A DNA stretch of 20,232 nt from Armatimonadota bacterium (GTDB taxonomy: Bacteria > Sysuimicrobiota > Sysuimicrobiia > Sysuimicrobiales > Humicultoraceae), in NCBI GenBank assembly GCA_037443365.1, contig JBBIOM010000034.1:1-20232 (forward strand), written 5' to 3'. The notes beneath the pieces were generated by a model. That model did not search any database. It had not been told where the DNA came from and was given only the letters and a program-made list of their open reading frames with translations. Each line of letters begins with the position of its first letter. Within the stretch, counting starts at the first letter, position 1. Of the stretch, positions 1 to 10,255 are shown one piece after another. A program made the translations under genes and the position numbers.

Positions 1-1625
<1,625 letters not shown>

Positions 1626-1946
1626 CTATCCCTTCGCCTTGGTCTTGGCCGACGGCTTCTCGACGACGGCCAGCACGTCGCTGGCGCGGAGGATCAGCAG
1701 ATCGCCATCGTCGGTCTTGACCTCGGTGCCGGCGTACTTGGCGTACAGCACGCGGTCGCCCACCTCGACGTCCAGGGGGACGCGCTTCTCGCCATCCTCG
1801 TCCCAGTTGCCCGGTCCCACCGCGATGACCTCACCGTGCTGTGGCTTCTCCTTGGCGGTGTCCGGCAGGACGATGCCGCCCTTGGTGCGCTCCTCCTCTT
1901 CCAGGGGCTTGACGACCACGCGGTCGCCCAGTGGCTTGAGCTTCAT
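1626..1946 (-). CDS. groS: Co-chaperonin GroES (Cpn10)
   Basis: [13 protein letters not shown]...[16 protein letters not shown]...VAVGPG-type signature; SD AAGGAGG at 1957-1963. Confidence 0.98.
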   Translation of the reverse strand: MKLKPLGDRVVVKPLEEEERTKGGIVLPDTAKEKPQHGEVIAVGPGNWDEDGEKRVPLDVEVGDRVLYAKYAGTEVKTDDGDLLILRASDVLAVVEKPSAKTKAKG

Positions 1947-1980
1947 CGCTTGCTTCCCTCCTTGCGGGGTGTCTGTGGAT

Positions 1981-2007
1981 TTGGCACTCTCAGTGCCCGA
2001 GTGCTAA
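1981..2007 (-). promoter_or_regulatory. CIRCE element (HrcA operator) upstream of groES
   Basis: Minus strand reads TTAGCACTC-GGGCACTGA-GAGTGCCAA, one mismatch from the consensus TTAGCACTC-N9-GAGTGCTAA, and lies between the promoter and the groES SD. Confidence 0.96.
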
Positions 2008-2019
2008 CCACCCCCCATC

Positions 2020-3036
<1,017 letters not shown>

Positions 3037-3054
3037 GGTGGCCGGTGGCGCTCC

Positions 3055-3570
3055 CTACTGCGCCAGCCGAGTGCGCAGCGACTCCAGCCGTGCCTGCGCC
3101 TCTGGGTCCCTGAGGTTGCCAGTCCACATGACCACGGCGTCTTCCCCGTTGTCGCTGTAGTAGCGCCGGCGCAGGGCCACCTCGCGCAGGCCGAACTTGC
3201 GGTACAGCGCGAGCGCATCCGTGTTCGACGGCCGGACCTCCAGCGTCAGCCAGCGCGCCCCGCGCGCCACGGCGGCGTCAATGAGCGCGAGGAGCAGCCG
3301 GCTGCCGATCCCGGCGCGGCGGTGGAGCAAGTCCACGGCCAGCGTCGTCACGTGCGCCTCGTCGAAGATCACCCACATGCCGGCATAGCCAACGACGGCG
3401 CCCATCTCGCTGCGGGCCACAACGTAGACGGCCGACCTGTTGTGCGCCAGCTCGGACTCATACGCGTTCCTGGGCCAGGGTGAGGCGAAGGAGTCCTGCT
3501 CGATCGCGCAGACAGCCGGCAGGTCCGCCAGCGTCATGGGCTCGATGCGCACGCGGGTTATCTGCTTCAT
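3055..3570 (-). CDS. rimI: Ribosomal protein S18 alanine N-acetyltransferase RimI (GNAT); alternative start at 3600
   Basis: IEQDSFASPW, VGYAGMW, EAHVTTLAV, RRAGIG acetyl-CoA loop, LEVRPSN, ALALYRKFG, YYSDNGEDAVVM; canonical position between tsaB and tsaD. Confidence 0.93.
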   Translation of the reverse strand: MKQITRVRIEPMTLADLPAVCAIEQDSFASPWPRNAYESELAHNRSAVYVVARSEMGAVVGYAGMWVIFDEAHVTTLAVDLLHRRAGIGSRLLLALIDAAVARGARWLTLEVRPSNTDALALYRKFGLREVALRRRYYSDNGEDAVVMWTGNLRDPEAQARLESLRTRLAQ

Positions 3571-3607
3571 CCGACACCCGCAGCCGCGGTCATCGGGCAT
3601 CGCGCGG

Positions 3608-4348
3608 CTACGCGCCCCCCTTCTCGCAGGATGAAGACCGTTCCTCCCAGGCCCGGGCCTCGGGCCCGCGCGCGTAGATCAGGGAGACCGCCATGGGATC
3701 GTGGCGGATGCCGCCCTGCAAACGCGCGAGGCCGACGGCCCCCAGCACGGACGCGCGCGGCCACCATCGCTCCTCCGGCGCCGGAGAGGCGAGCGGGCCC
3801 AACGACTCCAGGATCGTCCCGGCGTGCATCCGGAGCCCCTCGCCGGATGCGACGACGCGCTCGTCAATCCGGGGCAGCAGGGCTCCCAGCGCGCCCGGGC
3901 GGGACAGCAGATCAGGCGTTAGCCGCACAAGATCGCCGGAGGGCTTCCCACGCCGGAAGAGCGCAGCGACCACCTCCCCGCGGCGGGCATCGGCAACGGA
4001 CAGCACCAGGCACGGGCAGCCGTGTTCTGCCCCGGATGCGACGCCCGCTGCGATCACGTCGAGCGTGGGGACCCCGACGAAAGCCCGGCCAGTCGCGTGC
4101 GCCCAGGCCGAGGCCGTGGCCGCGCCGATGCGTAGCCCGACGAAGCCACCCGGGCCCAGCGAGACGGCCAGGGCATCCACGTCCCGGGCGCGCATGCCGG
4201 CATCGCGAAGCAGCGCGGCGATCGCGTCTACAAGCCACTCGAGGTGCGCGCCGGGCACGTCGGCCGATCGCTCGCAGACAAGCCCCTCTGGACCCACGAC
4301 GGCCACGCTCCCGCGCCGCGTGCTGACCTCGATGGCGAGCACGCGCAC
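3608..4348 (-). CDS. tsaB: tRNA threonylcarbamoyladenosine biosynthesis protein TsaB
   Basis: Likely true start is GTG at 4348 (MRVLAIEVSTRRGSVAV) with AGGAGG at 4359-4364; motifs GPGGFVGLRIG and DARRGEV. The ORF-track extension to 4498 overlaps tsaE and is unlikely. Confidence 0.93.
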   Translation of the reverse strand: MRVLAIEVSTRRGSVAVVGPEGLVCERSADVPGAHLEWLVDAIAALLRDAGMRARDVDALAVSLGPGGFVGLRIGAATASAWAHATGRAFVGVPTLDVIAAGVASGAEHGCPCLVLSVADARRGEVVAALFRRGKPSGDLVRLTPDLLSRPGALGALLPRIDERVVASGEGLRMHAGTILESLGPLASPAPEERWWPRASVLGAVGLARLQGGIRHDPMAVSLIYARGPEARAWEERSSSCEKGGA

Positions 4349-4353
4349 GGCGC

Positions 4354-4815
4354 CTACGCCTCCTGCACCGCTGCCAGGCGGTCCGCCATGGAAGCGGGCG
4401 CGCAGAGAACAAAGACGCGGTGATCCGGGGAGGCGCCGAATGCGCACTCGACCCACAGGTGATCCCCCGGCAGGATCCACGGTGCGCGATCGGCCCATTC
4501 CACGATGACGATGCCGTCACCGTCCATGATCTCTTCCAGGCCCAGGTGCGCCAGATCAGCGGCGCGCTCGAGGCGGTAGAGATCTGCATGGTAGACGCGC
4601 ACAGGGCCTGCGTACTCGCGGATGACCACGAACGACGGGCTTACCATGTACCCTCTCGCACCGGTGCCCTGCGCCAACCCCCGCGCGAGCACGGTCTTGC
4701 CCGACCCCAGCGGTCCGGCGAGCGCCACAACATCCCCAGGGCGCAGGCGCGCACCCACGCGCCGACCCAGCAACTCGGTGCCTTCGGGTGAGTGAGTCTC
4801 GGCGGCTATGCGCAT
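4354..4815 (-). CDS. tsaE: tRNA threonylcarbamoyladenosine biosynthesis ATPase TsaE
   Basis: Walker A GPLGSGKT, SPSF, HADLYRL and IVEW motifs. Confidence 0.96.
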   Translation of the reverse strand: MRIAAETHSPEGTELLGRRVGARLRPGDVVALAGPLGSGKTVLARGLAQGTGARGYMVSPSFVVIREYAGPVRVYHADLYRLERAADLAHLGLEEIMDGDGIVIVEWADRAPWILPGDHLWVECAFGASPDHRVFVLCAPASMADRLAAVQEA

Positions 4816-4845
4816 GCGACCGGGGCGCGCCAGGGGATCGCGACG

Positions 4846-6183
4846 CTATCCCATAGGATCGGTGTCAGGCCTGACCTGCAGGCGCAGGCCGTCGAGCCCC
4901 ACCACGCGCACCCGCTGGCCGGCCTCGATCGGGCCCGCGACGGAGATCGCGCTCCACATCTCGCCCTGCACGTGCACCTCGCCCTCGGGGTCCAGCCGCG
5001 ACCTCGCGATGCCTGTAGCGTCGGTCAGGCGCTCCTGTCCGCTGCGCGGCCCGGCGCGCTGAGCGCGTATCCCCGCGCCCACGGCGAACAGGAAGAAGGC
5101 GGCCAGCAACGCCGCCACGGTCAGGATCAGGCGCAGCGAGATCTGCAGGAAGGGGGCCTGGTGCTCGGTGAGCAGAACCGCGCCGATTATGAAGGCGATG
5201 ACGCCGCCCGCGGTGAGCACGCCGTGCCCGGGTACCTTGAGGTCGGCGATGAAGAGCAGGATCGCAAACGCGATCAGCAGCAGGCCCGCGACGTTCACCT
5301 GCACTATGGCGAACGAGGCCATGCCCAGGATCAGCGCGATGCCCCCCACGACCCCGGGCAGTATGGCCCCAGGGTTGTACAGCTCGACCATGATGCCCAG
5401 GATCCCGATGTTCATCAGGATGAACCCGACGTTGGGGTCGCTGAGCGTGAACAGGAACCGCTCGGTCAGATCCATCCCGCGGTCGAGGACCCGCACTCCT
5501 GCGGTACGCAGCTTCTTCGGGCCCAGGTCGGTCTCGACGGTCCGCCCGTCTATCTTGCGGAGCAGGTCGTGCACGTCCGAGGCCAGCAGGTCCACGACCC
5601 GCTCCCGCACCGCCTCCTCCTCGGTAATGGACGACGCCTGCCGCACGGCCTTCTCGGCCCACTCGGCGTTACGCCCACGGCGACGGGCCATTGCGCGCAG
5701 GTTGGCCACCGCGTCGTTGATGGCCTTCTCTATCGCGGCCTTGTCCGGTTCCTTTTCATCTTCATCGCGTGTCCCGAGGGCGATAGGGGTGGCGGCGCCG
5801 ATGCGCGTTGCGGGCGCCATGGCCGCTATGTGCGCCGCGTAGGCGATGAACACCCCTGCGGAGGCCGCACGCGCGCCGTGAGGCGCAACGTAGACCACGA
5901 CCGGCACCCTGGCATTCAGGATGGCCTTGGTGATCTCGTCCATGGAGCGCATCAGCCCGCCCGGGGTGTCCATCTGGATGATCAACGCCTCGACGCCCGC
6001 GGGGTCGGCTTCACGCACCGCGCGCAGGATGAACCGCGCCGTGGCCGGACCGATGACGCCGTCCACGGTGATGCGGTGCACCACCGGGCCGTCCGCCTGT
6101 CCGGGCGGCGCGGCCCAGACGGCGGAGGAAGCCGCCGCCACCGCCGCAAGCAGGACGATCGCGGCCAGCCGAAGTCGCCTCAT
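4846..6183 (-). CDS. nfeD: Long-form NfeD: membrane-bound ClpP-class serine protease with TM bundle and C-terminal OB fold
   Basis: Start ATG at 6183 overlaps the upstream stop (ATGA), with a GGAGG SD. Signal-peptide-like N-terminus; DTPGG, AASAG (catalytic Ser), AMAPATRIGAATP; hydrophobic helices with ELYNPG; C-terminal LDPEGEVHVQGEMWSA. Confidence 0.9.
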   Translation of the reverse strand: MRRLRLAAIVLLAAVAAASSAVWAAPPGQADGPVVHRITVDGVIGPATARFILRAVREADPAGVEALIIQMDTPGGLMRSMDEITKAILNARVPVVVYVAPHGARAASAGVFIAYAAHIAAMAPATRIGAATPIALGTRDEDEKEPDKAAIEKAINDAVANLRAMARRRGRNAEWAEKAVRQASSITEEEAVRERVVDLLASDVHDLLRKIDGRTVETDLGPKKLRTAGVRVLDRGMDLTERFLFTLSDPNVGFILMNIGILGIMVELYNPGAILPGVVGGIALILGMASFAIVQVNVAGLLLIAFAILLFIADLKVPGHGVLTAGGVIAFIIGAVLLTEHQAPFLQISLRLILTVAALLAAFFLFAVGAGIRAQRAGPRSGQERLTDATGIARSRLDPEGEVHVQGEMWSAISVAGPIEAGQRVRVVGLDGLRLQVRPDTDPMG

Positions 6184-6878
6184 GAGCGTCGGGCCTCCTC
6201 CACCAGACGAGTGAAGAGTCGCAGGTGAACCGGGTAGTGCCGTACCATGCGCTCGGGATGCCACTGGACCGCCACCACCCACCGGTGCCGCCGGCTCTCC
6301 AGTCCCTCGATCGTGCCGTCCGGGGCGCGCGCGGTGATCACGAAGCCGGGCGCGGCCTCGGCAACCGCCTGGTGATGGTATGAGTTCACGAGCAGGGGCC
6401 CGGAACCCATGACGGCTGCCAGGCGGCTCTCGGCCTCCACAATGACCTCGTGCGATCTCTCCCAGTAGTCCCCGCCGCTCTGGTAGTGAGAGGCAGAGGA
6501 GACGCCCGCAAGGGACAGGTCCTGCCACAGGGTGCCGCCGGCCGCCACGTTGATGACCTGGGCCCCCCGACAGATGCAAAGCGACGGCATATCCGCGCGG
6601 AGAGCGGCGCGGGCGAGGTCGAGTTCCATCTGGTCACGCGCCTCGTCAATCCTCAACGTCTCCTGCACCCCGGCGATGATCTCTTGCCCGTAGTGCCTCG
6701 GGTGTATGTCCTCGCCGCCCGGGAGCAGCAGCGCATCGAAGGCCTCGGGAAGACGATCACCCGGGCCCGCGACAACAGGCCGCCCTCCTGCCAGACGTAC
6801 CGCGTCACAGTAGCGGTGGGGCACGTTACCCTGCCTCGTGGTTATCAAGACAATGGGCGAGCCGTCCTCAGGGCGCAT
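6180..6878 (-). CDS. Class I glutamine amidotransferase, peptidase C26 / PuuD-like gamma-glutamyl hydrolase
   Basis: LLLPGGEDI, nucleophile elbow ICRGAQ, NSYHHQA, QWHPE (Cys-His-Glu triad). ATG at 6878 with GGAGG upstream is preferred over 6923. Confidence 0.88.
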   Translation of the reverse strand: MRPEDGSPIVLITTRQGNVPHRYCDAVRLAGGRPVVAGPGDRLPEAFDALLLPGGEDIHPRHYGQEIIAGVQETLRIDEARDQMELDLARAALRADMPSLCICRGAQVINVAAGGTLWQDLSLAGVSSASHYQSGGDYWERSHEVIVEAESRLAAVMGSGPLLVNSYHHQAVAEAAPGFVITARAPDGTIEGLESRRHRWVVAVQWHPERMVRHYPVHLRLFTRLVEEARRS

Positions 6879-7596
6879 AGACCGGCTGCTGTCCCCCTCC
6901 GTAGCCAGGCCCCGAGCCCTCACCCTGGCTGCTGATTGTAAGCGACTGCGCGTCCAATCTGATCGAGCGGATCTTGAAGGTCACCGGCCACAGGCGCTGG
7001 TGCATCACCGGATTCAACTGCCGCTCAAGGTCGCGGATGGCGGCCGAGGGCACGGGCAGCGCGCCGGCGTGGAGCGTGTCGAAGTAGAAGAAGACCTCGG
7101 TGGTGCCAGAGACCGCGAAGAAGCCCTTCATGCGCAGCCTCGTCGGTTGTCCGCGGAGCATGACCGTGCCCGAGCCCAGCAAGTAGCCGTCTTCTGCCCA
7201 CAGCCGGATGTCGTCGAAGGCGTTGCCGGCGTTGAAGTAGTCCTGAAGGCTGCGCAGCAGAACCCTGACCTGCAAGGCGCTGTCTCGGAAGTCGAGCACC
7301 TTGAGCACGCCGGCCCCAAGCGCGGCCGGGTCGAGGCTCACGCCGACCAGCCGGACCGTCGCCTCGTCAACGCGCAGGCCCTCATTCAGGAGGAGGCGCC
7401 GGCCGGCCACTGTGATGCGCGCGTATCCTCCCTCGTACAGGTCCGGGATCGCCTCGATCCGCAGCTCCTCCGCCGATCGGAGAAACGTTCCGAAGGCGCG
7501 GCGAAGCAGCGCCTCGTCGGCCTCAGCCGGCACTGCCAGGACCACGGTGGCCAGGAGCGCCAGGGCGAGGACAGGCGGCGCGGCACGCCCGGACAA
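6868..7596 (-). CDS. Exported protein, probably DUF2993/LmeA-like lipid-binding family
   Basis: TTG start with GGGGA SD; hydrophobic signal peptide ending AEA; beta-rich alternating pattern; C-terminal LNPVxxxxxWPVTFKIRSIRL resembles DUF2993 proteins from memory. The family call is inference; the ORF fills the gap between neighbours exactly. Confidence 0.6.
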   Translation of the reverse strand: MSGRAAPPVLALALLATVVLAVPAEADEALLRRAFGTFLRSAEELRIEAIPDLYEGGYARITVAGRRLLLNEGLRVDEATVRLVGVSLDPAALGAGVLKVLDFRDSALQVRVLLRSLQDYFNAGNAFDDIRLWAEDGYLLGSGTVMLRGQPTRLRMKGFFAVSGTTEVFFYFDTLHAGALPVPSAAIRDLERQLNPVMHQRLWPVTFKIRSIRLDAQSLTISSQGEGSGPGYGGGQQPVYAP

Positions 7597-7606
7597 CGGA
7601 ATCCCC

Positions 7607-8599
7607 CTACCCCTCGGTCAGCCACCCGGCGTAGGCGAACAGCGCGGGCTGGCCGCCCGTGTGCCAGAACACCACGGTCTGGTCCGGAGCGAACTGGCCG
7701 CGCCGAGCCATGTCGACGAGCCCTGCCATGGCCTTGCCCGTGTAGACCGGGTCCAGCAGTATCCCCTCTGTCCTGGCCACCAGACGGATCGCGTCGAGAC
7801 ACGCGGGCGTAGGAACCGCGTACCGCTCGCCCACGTATTCATCCGTCACCACGATGTCGTCCGGATGGGGCCTCCAGTCGAGACGCAGCAGGGCGCCGAG
7901 CTCCTCTGCCAGGCCCAGCACGCGCGTGGTGACCACCTCGCGTGCCGGCCCGACGCTTATGCCCTGCACGCGGATCCCGGACTGCGTGACCTTCATCGCC
8001 GTGTAGAGCCCGGCCTGTGTCCCTCCGGAGCCGGTGGCGTGTACGATCGAGTCGGCGCGGATGCCCCTGCTGTTCAGCTGATCGAGCAGCTCCAGCCCGG
8101 CGTTCACGAAGGCCGCGGCCCCGAGCGGGGTCGATCCGCCCAGCGGGATCACGTAGGGAATGCGCCCCTGCCTGCGCAGGTCGCGCGCGACGTCTTCCAC
8201 GACCGCCATCAGGACATAACTGTCGTCCGTGTTGATGATGCGCACGTCGGCTCCCAGGACCGAATCGAGCAGCAGGTTGCCCTGCCGCTGTGCGGGCTCC
8301 TCGCCGCTTAGCACCACGATCGCGTCCAGACCAAGGCGGCGCGCCGCGGCCGCGATGGACCGGGCGTGGTTCGACTGCACGGCGCCCACGGTGATCACCA
8401 CGTCGCAGCCCCGGTCCACTGCCTCGCCCATCAGGTACTCGGCCTTCCGGACCTTGTTCCCCCCGAACGCCAGCCCCGTGATGTCGTCGCGCTTGAACAG
8501 AATGCGCGGCCCTCCCAGGTAGGCCGAGAGCGACGGTGCCTCCTCCAGCGGAGTGGGTAGCGAGCCGAGCTTGATGCGTGGCAGGCGTCCGAGTTGCAC
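7607..8599 (-). CDS. dcyD: PLP-dependent D-cysteine desulfhydrase family protein (ACC deaminase/DcyD superfamily)
   Basis: KRDD...GGNKVRK (PLP Lys), QSNH, GSGGT, LDPVYTGKA, HTGG. Thr/Thr at the positions that are Glu/Leu in true ACC deaminases (DPVYEGK, HLGG). Confidence 0.88.
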   Translation of the reverse strand: MQLGRLPRIKLGSLPTPLEEAPSLSAYLGGPRILFKRDDITGLAFGGNKVRKAEYLMGEAVDRGCDVVITVGAVQSNHARSIAAAARRLGLDAIVVLSGEEPAQRQGNLLLDSVLGADVRIINTDDSYVLMAVVEDVARDLRRQGRIPYVIPLGGSTPLGAAAFVNAGLELLDQLNSRGIRADSIVHATGSGGTQAGLYTAMKVTQSGIRVQGISVGPAREVVTTRVLGLAEELGALLRLDWRPHPDDIVVTDEYVGERYAVPTPACLDAIRLVARTEGILLDPVYTGKAMAGLVDMARRGQFAPDQTVVFWHTGGQPALFAYAGWLTEG

Positions 8600-8620
8600 C
8601 GGATCCCCCTCTCTCCCTCT

Positions 8621-10252
8621 CTATCGCGCGCGGCGCGCCTCCTGCGCGCGCTCCCTGATCATGGCGTGGGCTGCTGCTACCGTGACGGCTTCGAAGCGTA
8701 ACTCGGTGCCAGGACCTGCCTGCGCCACGCGGCCCAGGTCGGGCGCAATCACCCAGGCCATCTTCGGATAGCCACCCGTGGTCGGACCGTCGGCCAGGAT
8801 CACGAGCGGGCCTCCGTCCGCCGGAACCTGCACAGCGCCTGGGGTCAGGCCGTCCGACAGGATCTCGGCGCTGTCCCGGTGCTCCAGCATCGGGCCTGCC
8901 AGGCGCGTCCCGCTCCGGTCGCGCTGCGCGGTGGCCCGAAACGCCGCACCCAGGAACGCCGCCTGCGCACCGGACGTGAAGGCGTCGACCTGGGGACCAA
9001 GAACGACGCGCACCGGGCTGTTGTCACGCCCCGGCGCATGCGCGGAGCACGTGGCCCGCCGCCGCGTGCTGCTTGCTTCTCCCACTCCAAGAGTATCTCC
9101 TGCCCTCAGCGCGCGCCCCAGTGGACCGCCCGGGCCGCCCCGGGCGTAGGCGGAGCGACTGCCAAGCAGCAGCGGAGCGTCCACCCCGCCGGCAACGCCC
9201 AGGTAGAGCCATTGCCCGGCCCTTGGCGGCTCGAACTCGAGCAGGTCTCCGGTTCGCACACGCACCGGCTCGAGCGGTTCAAGCGCCCTCCGATTGAGCA
9301 GGGCCGCGATCTCGGCGCCTGCTACGGCGATCTCGGCCTCGCGCAGCACGCGCAGCCGCGGGCCGGGAAAGGTCAACTCCAGGGCAGCGGCGTCCGGCGC
9401 GTTGCCGAGCACGGCGTTCGCCGCGTCCAGGGCAGGGCAGTCCAGCGCCCCACCTGCCGGAACACCGAACCTCCTCCACCCGGCCCTGCCGCGGTCCTGC
9501 ACGGTTGTCATCAACCCGGGCTCCAGCACCTCGAAGAGCGGCCGCGCGGGCACGCCCGGCATCCCCTCCTGCGTCACCGCCCCGCATCTCAAGGAAGCGT
9601 TCTGAACAGGGACGAACCGCACCCGATCGCCCGGGCGCAGCATACACGGCGGGTCATGCCAGGGGTCGAAGAGGCGAAGCGGAGTGCGTCCCAATAGATG
9701 CCAGCCCCCCGCGGTCTCGTAGGGGTAGATGCCGCTGAAGGCATCCGCGATGCCCACGCTGCCGGCAGGCACGCGGATGCGGGGGGTGGCGCGACGCGGC
9801 ATCCGCAGGCGCGGCTCCAGCAGGCCCAGATAGGGGAATCCTGGCGCAAAGCCGAGCATGTGGACCAGGTAGTCGGTCCGGCTGTGCATCTCGATGACCT
9901 CGGCCGGGCGGAGATTGCAAGAGAGCGCAACCGCCTCGAGGTCCGGCCCGGCCGCGCCGCCGTATGCAACCGGGACCTCCAGGAGGGCCCCATCCAGGGC
10001 CGGCGCCGGCCGCGCGGCCCGCGCAGCGGCCAGGGCGCGCCCGGCGACATCGTCGAACGACGTGCCCAGCGGATCGTAGATCACCAGGACCGAGCAGAGT
10101 CCTGGGATCGTTTCCACCACCCCCGGCAGTTCGCGAAGGAGGCGATCGGCGCCGTGCACGCGCGCGGCGACGCCAGGCGAGAGATCAGGGGCGAACTCCA
10201 CGAGGACCGCGCGGTCCCCGGCCGGTGCCACGCCCGGCCACGCGGCGCCCAC
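8621..10252 (-). CDS. Fused 5-oxoprolinase subunits PxpB-PxpC (KipI/KipA, AHS1/AHS2 carboxyltransferase-like domains)
   Basis: N-half: GDRAVLVEF, VPVAYGG, LGFAPGFPYL, PAGSVGIA, GGWHLLGRT (PxpB). C-half: PGLMTTVQDRGR, GVAGG, LGSRS, DRSGTRL, GAVQVPADG, TTGGYPK (PxpC). Single uninterrupted 543-aa frame. Confidence 0.9.
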   Translation of the reverse strand: MGAAWPGVAPAGDRAVLVEFAPDLSPGVAARVHGADRLLRELPGVVETIPGLCSVLVIYDPLGTSFDDVAGRALAAARAARPAPALDGALLEVPVAYGGAAGPDLEAVALSCNLRPAEVIEMHSRTDYLVHMLGFAPGFPYLGLLEPRLRMPRRATPRIRVPAGSVGIADAFSGIYPYETAGGWHLLGRTPLRLFDPWHDPPCMLRPGDRVRFVPVQNASLRCGAVTQEGMPGVPARPLFEVLEPGLMTTVQDRGRAGWRRFGVPAGGALDCPALDAANAVLGNAPDAAALELTFPGPRLRVLREAEIAVAGAEIAALLNRRALEPLEPVRVRTGDLLEFEPPRAGQWLYLGVAGGVDAPLLLGSRSAYARGGPGGPLGRALRAGDTLGVGEASSTRRRATCSAHAPGRDNSPVRVVLGPQVDAFTSGAQAAFLGAAFRATAQRDRSGTRLAGPMLEHRDSAEILSDGLTPGAVQVPADGGPLVILADGPTTGGYPKMAWVIAPDLGRVAQAGPGTELRFEAVTVAAAHAMIRERAQEARRAR

Positions 10253-10255
10253 CTG

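Noticed and set aside
7607-8599. ACC deaminase (acdS) assignment
   Set aside because: The diagnostic Glu and Leu residues of ACC deaminases are both Thr here (DPVYTGK, HTGG).
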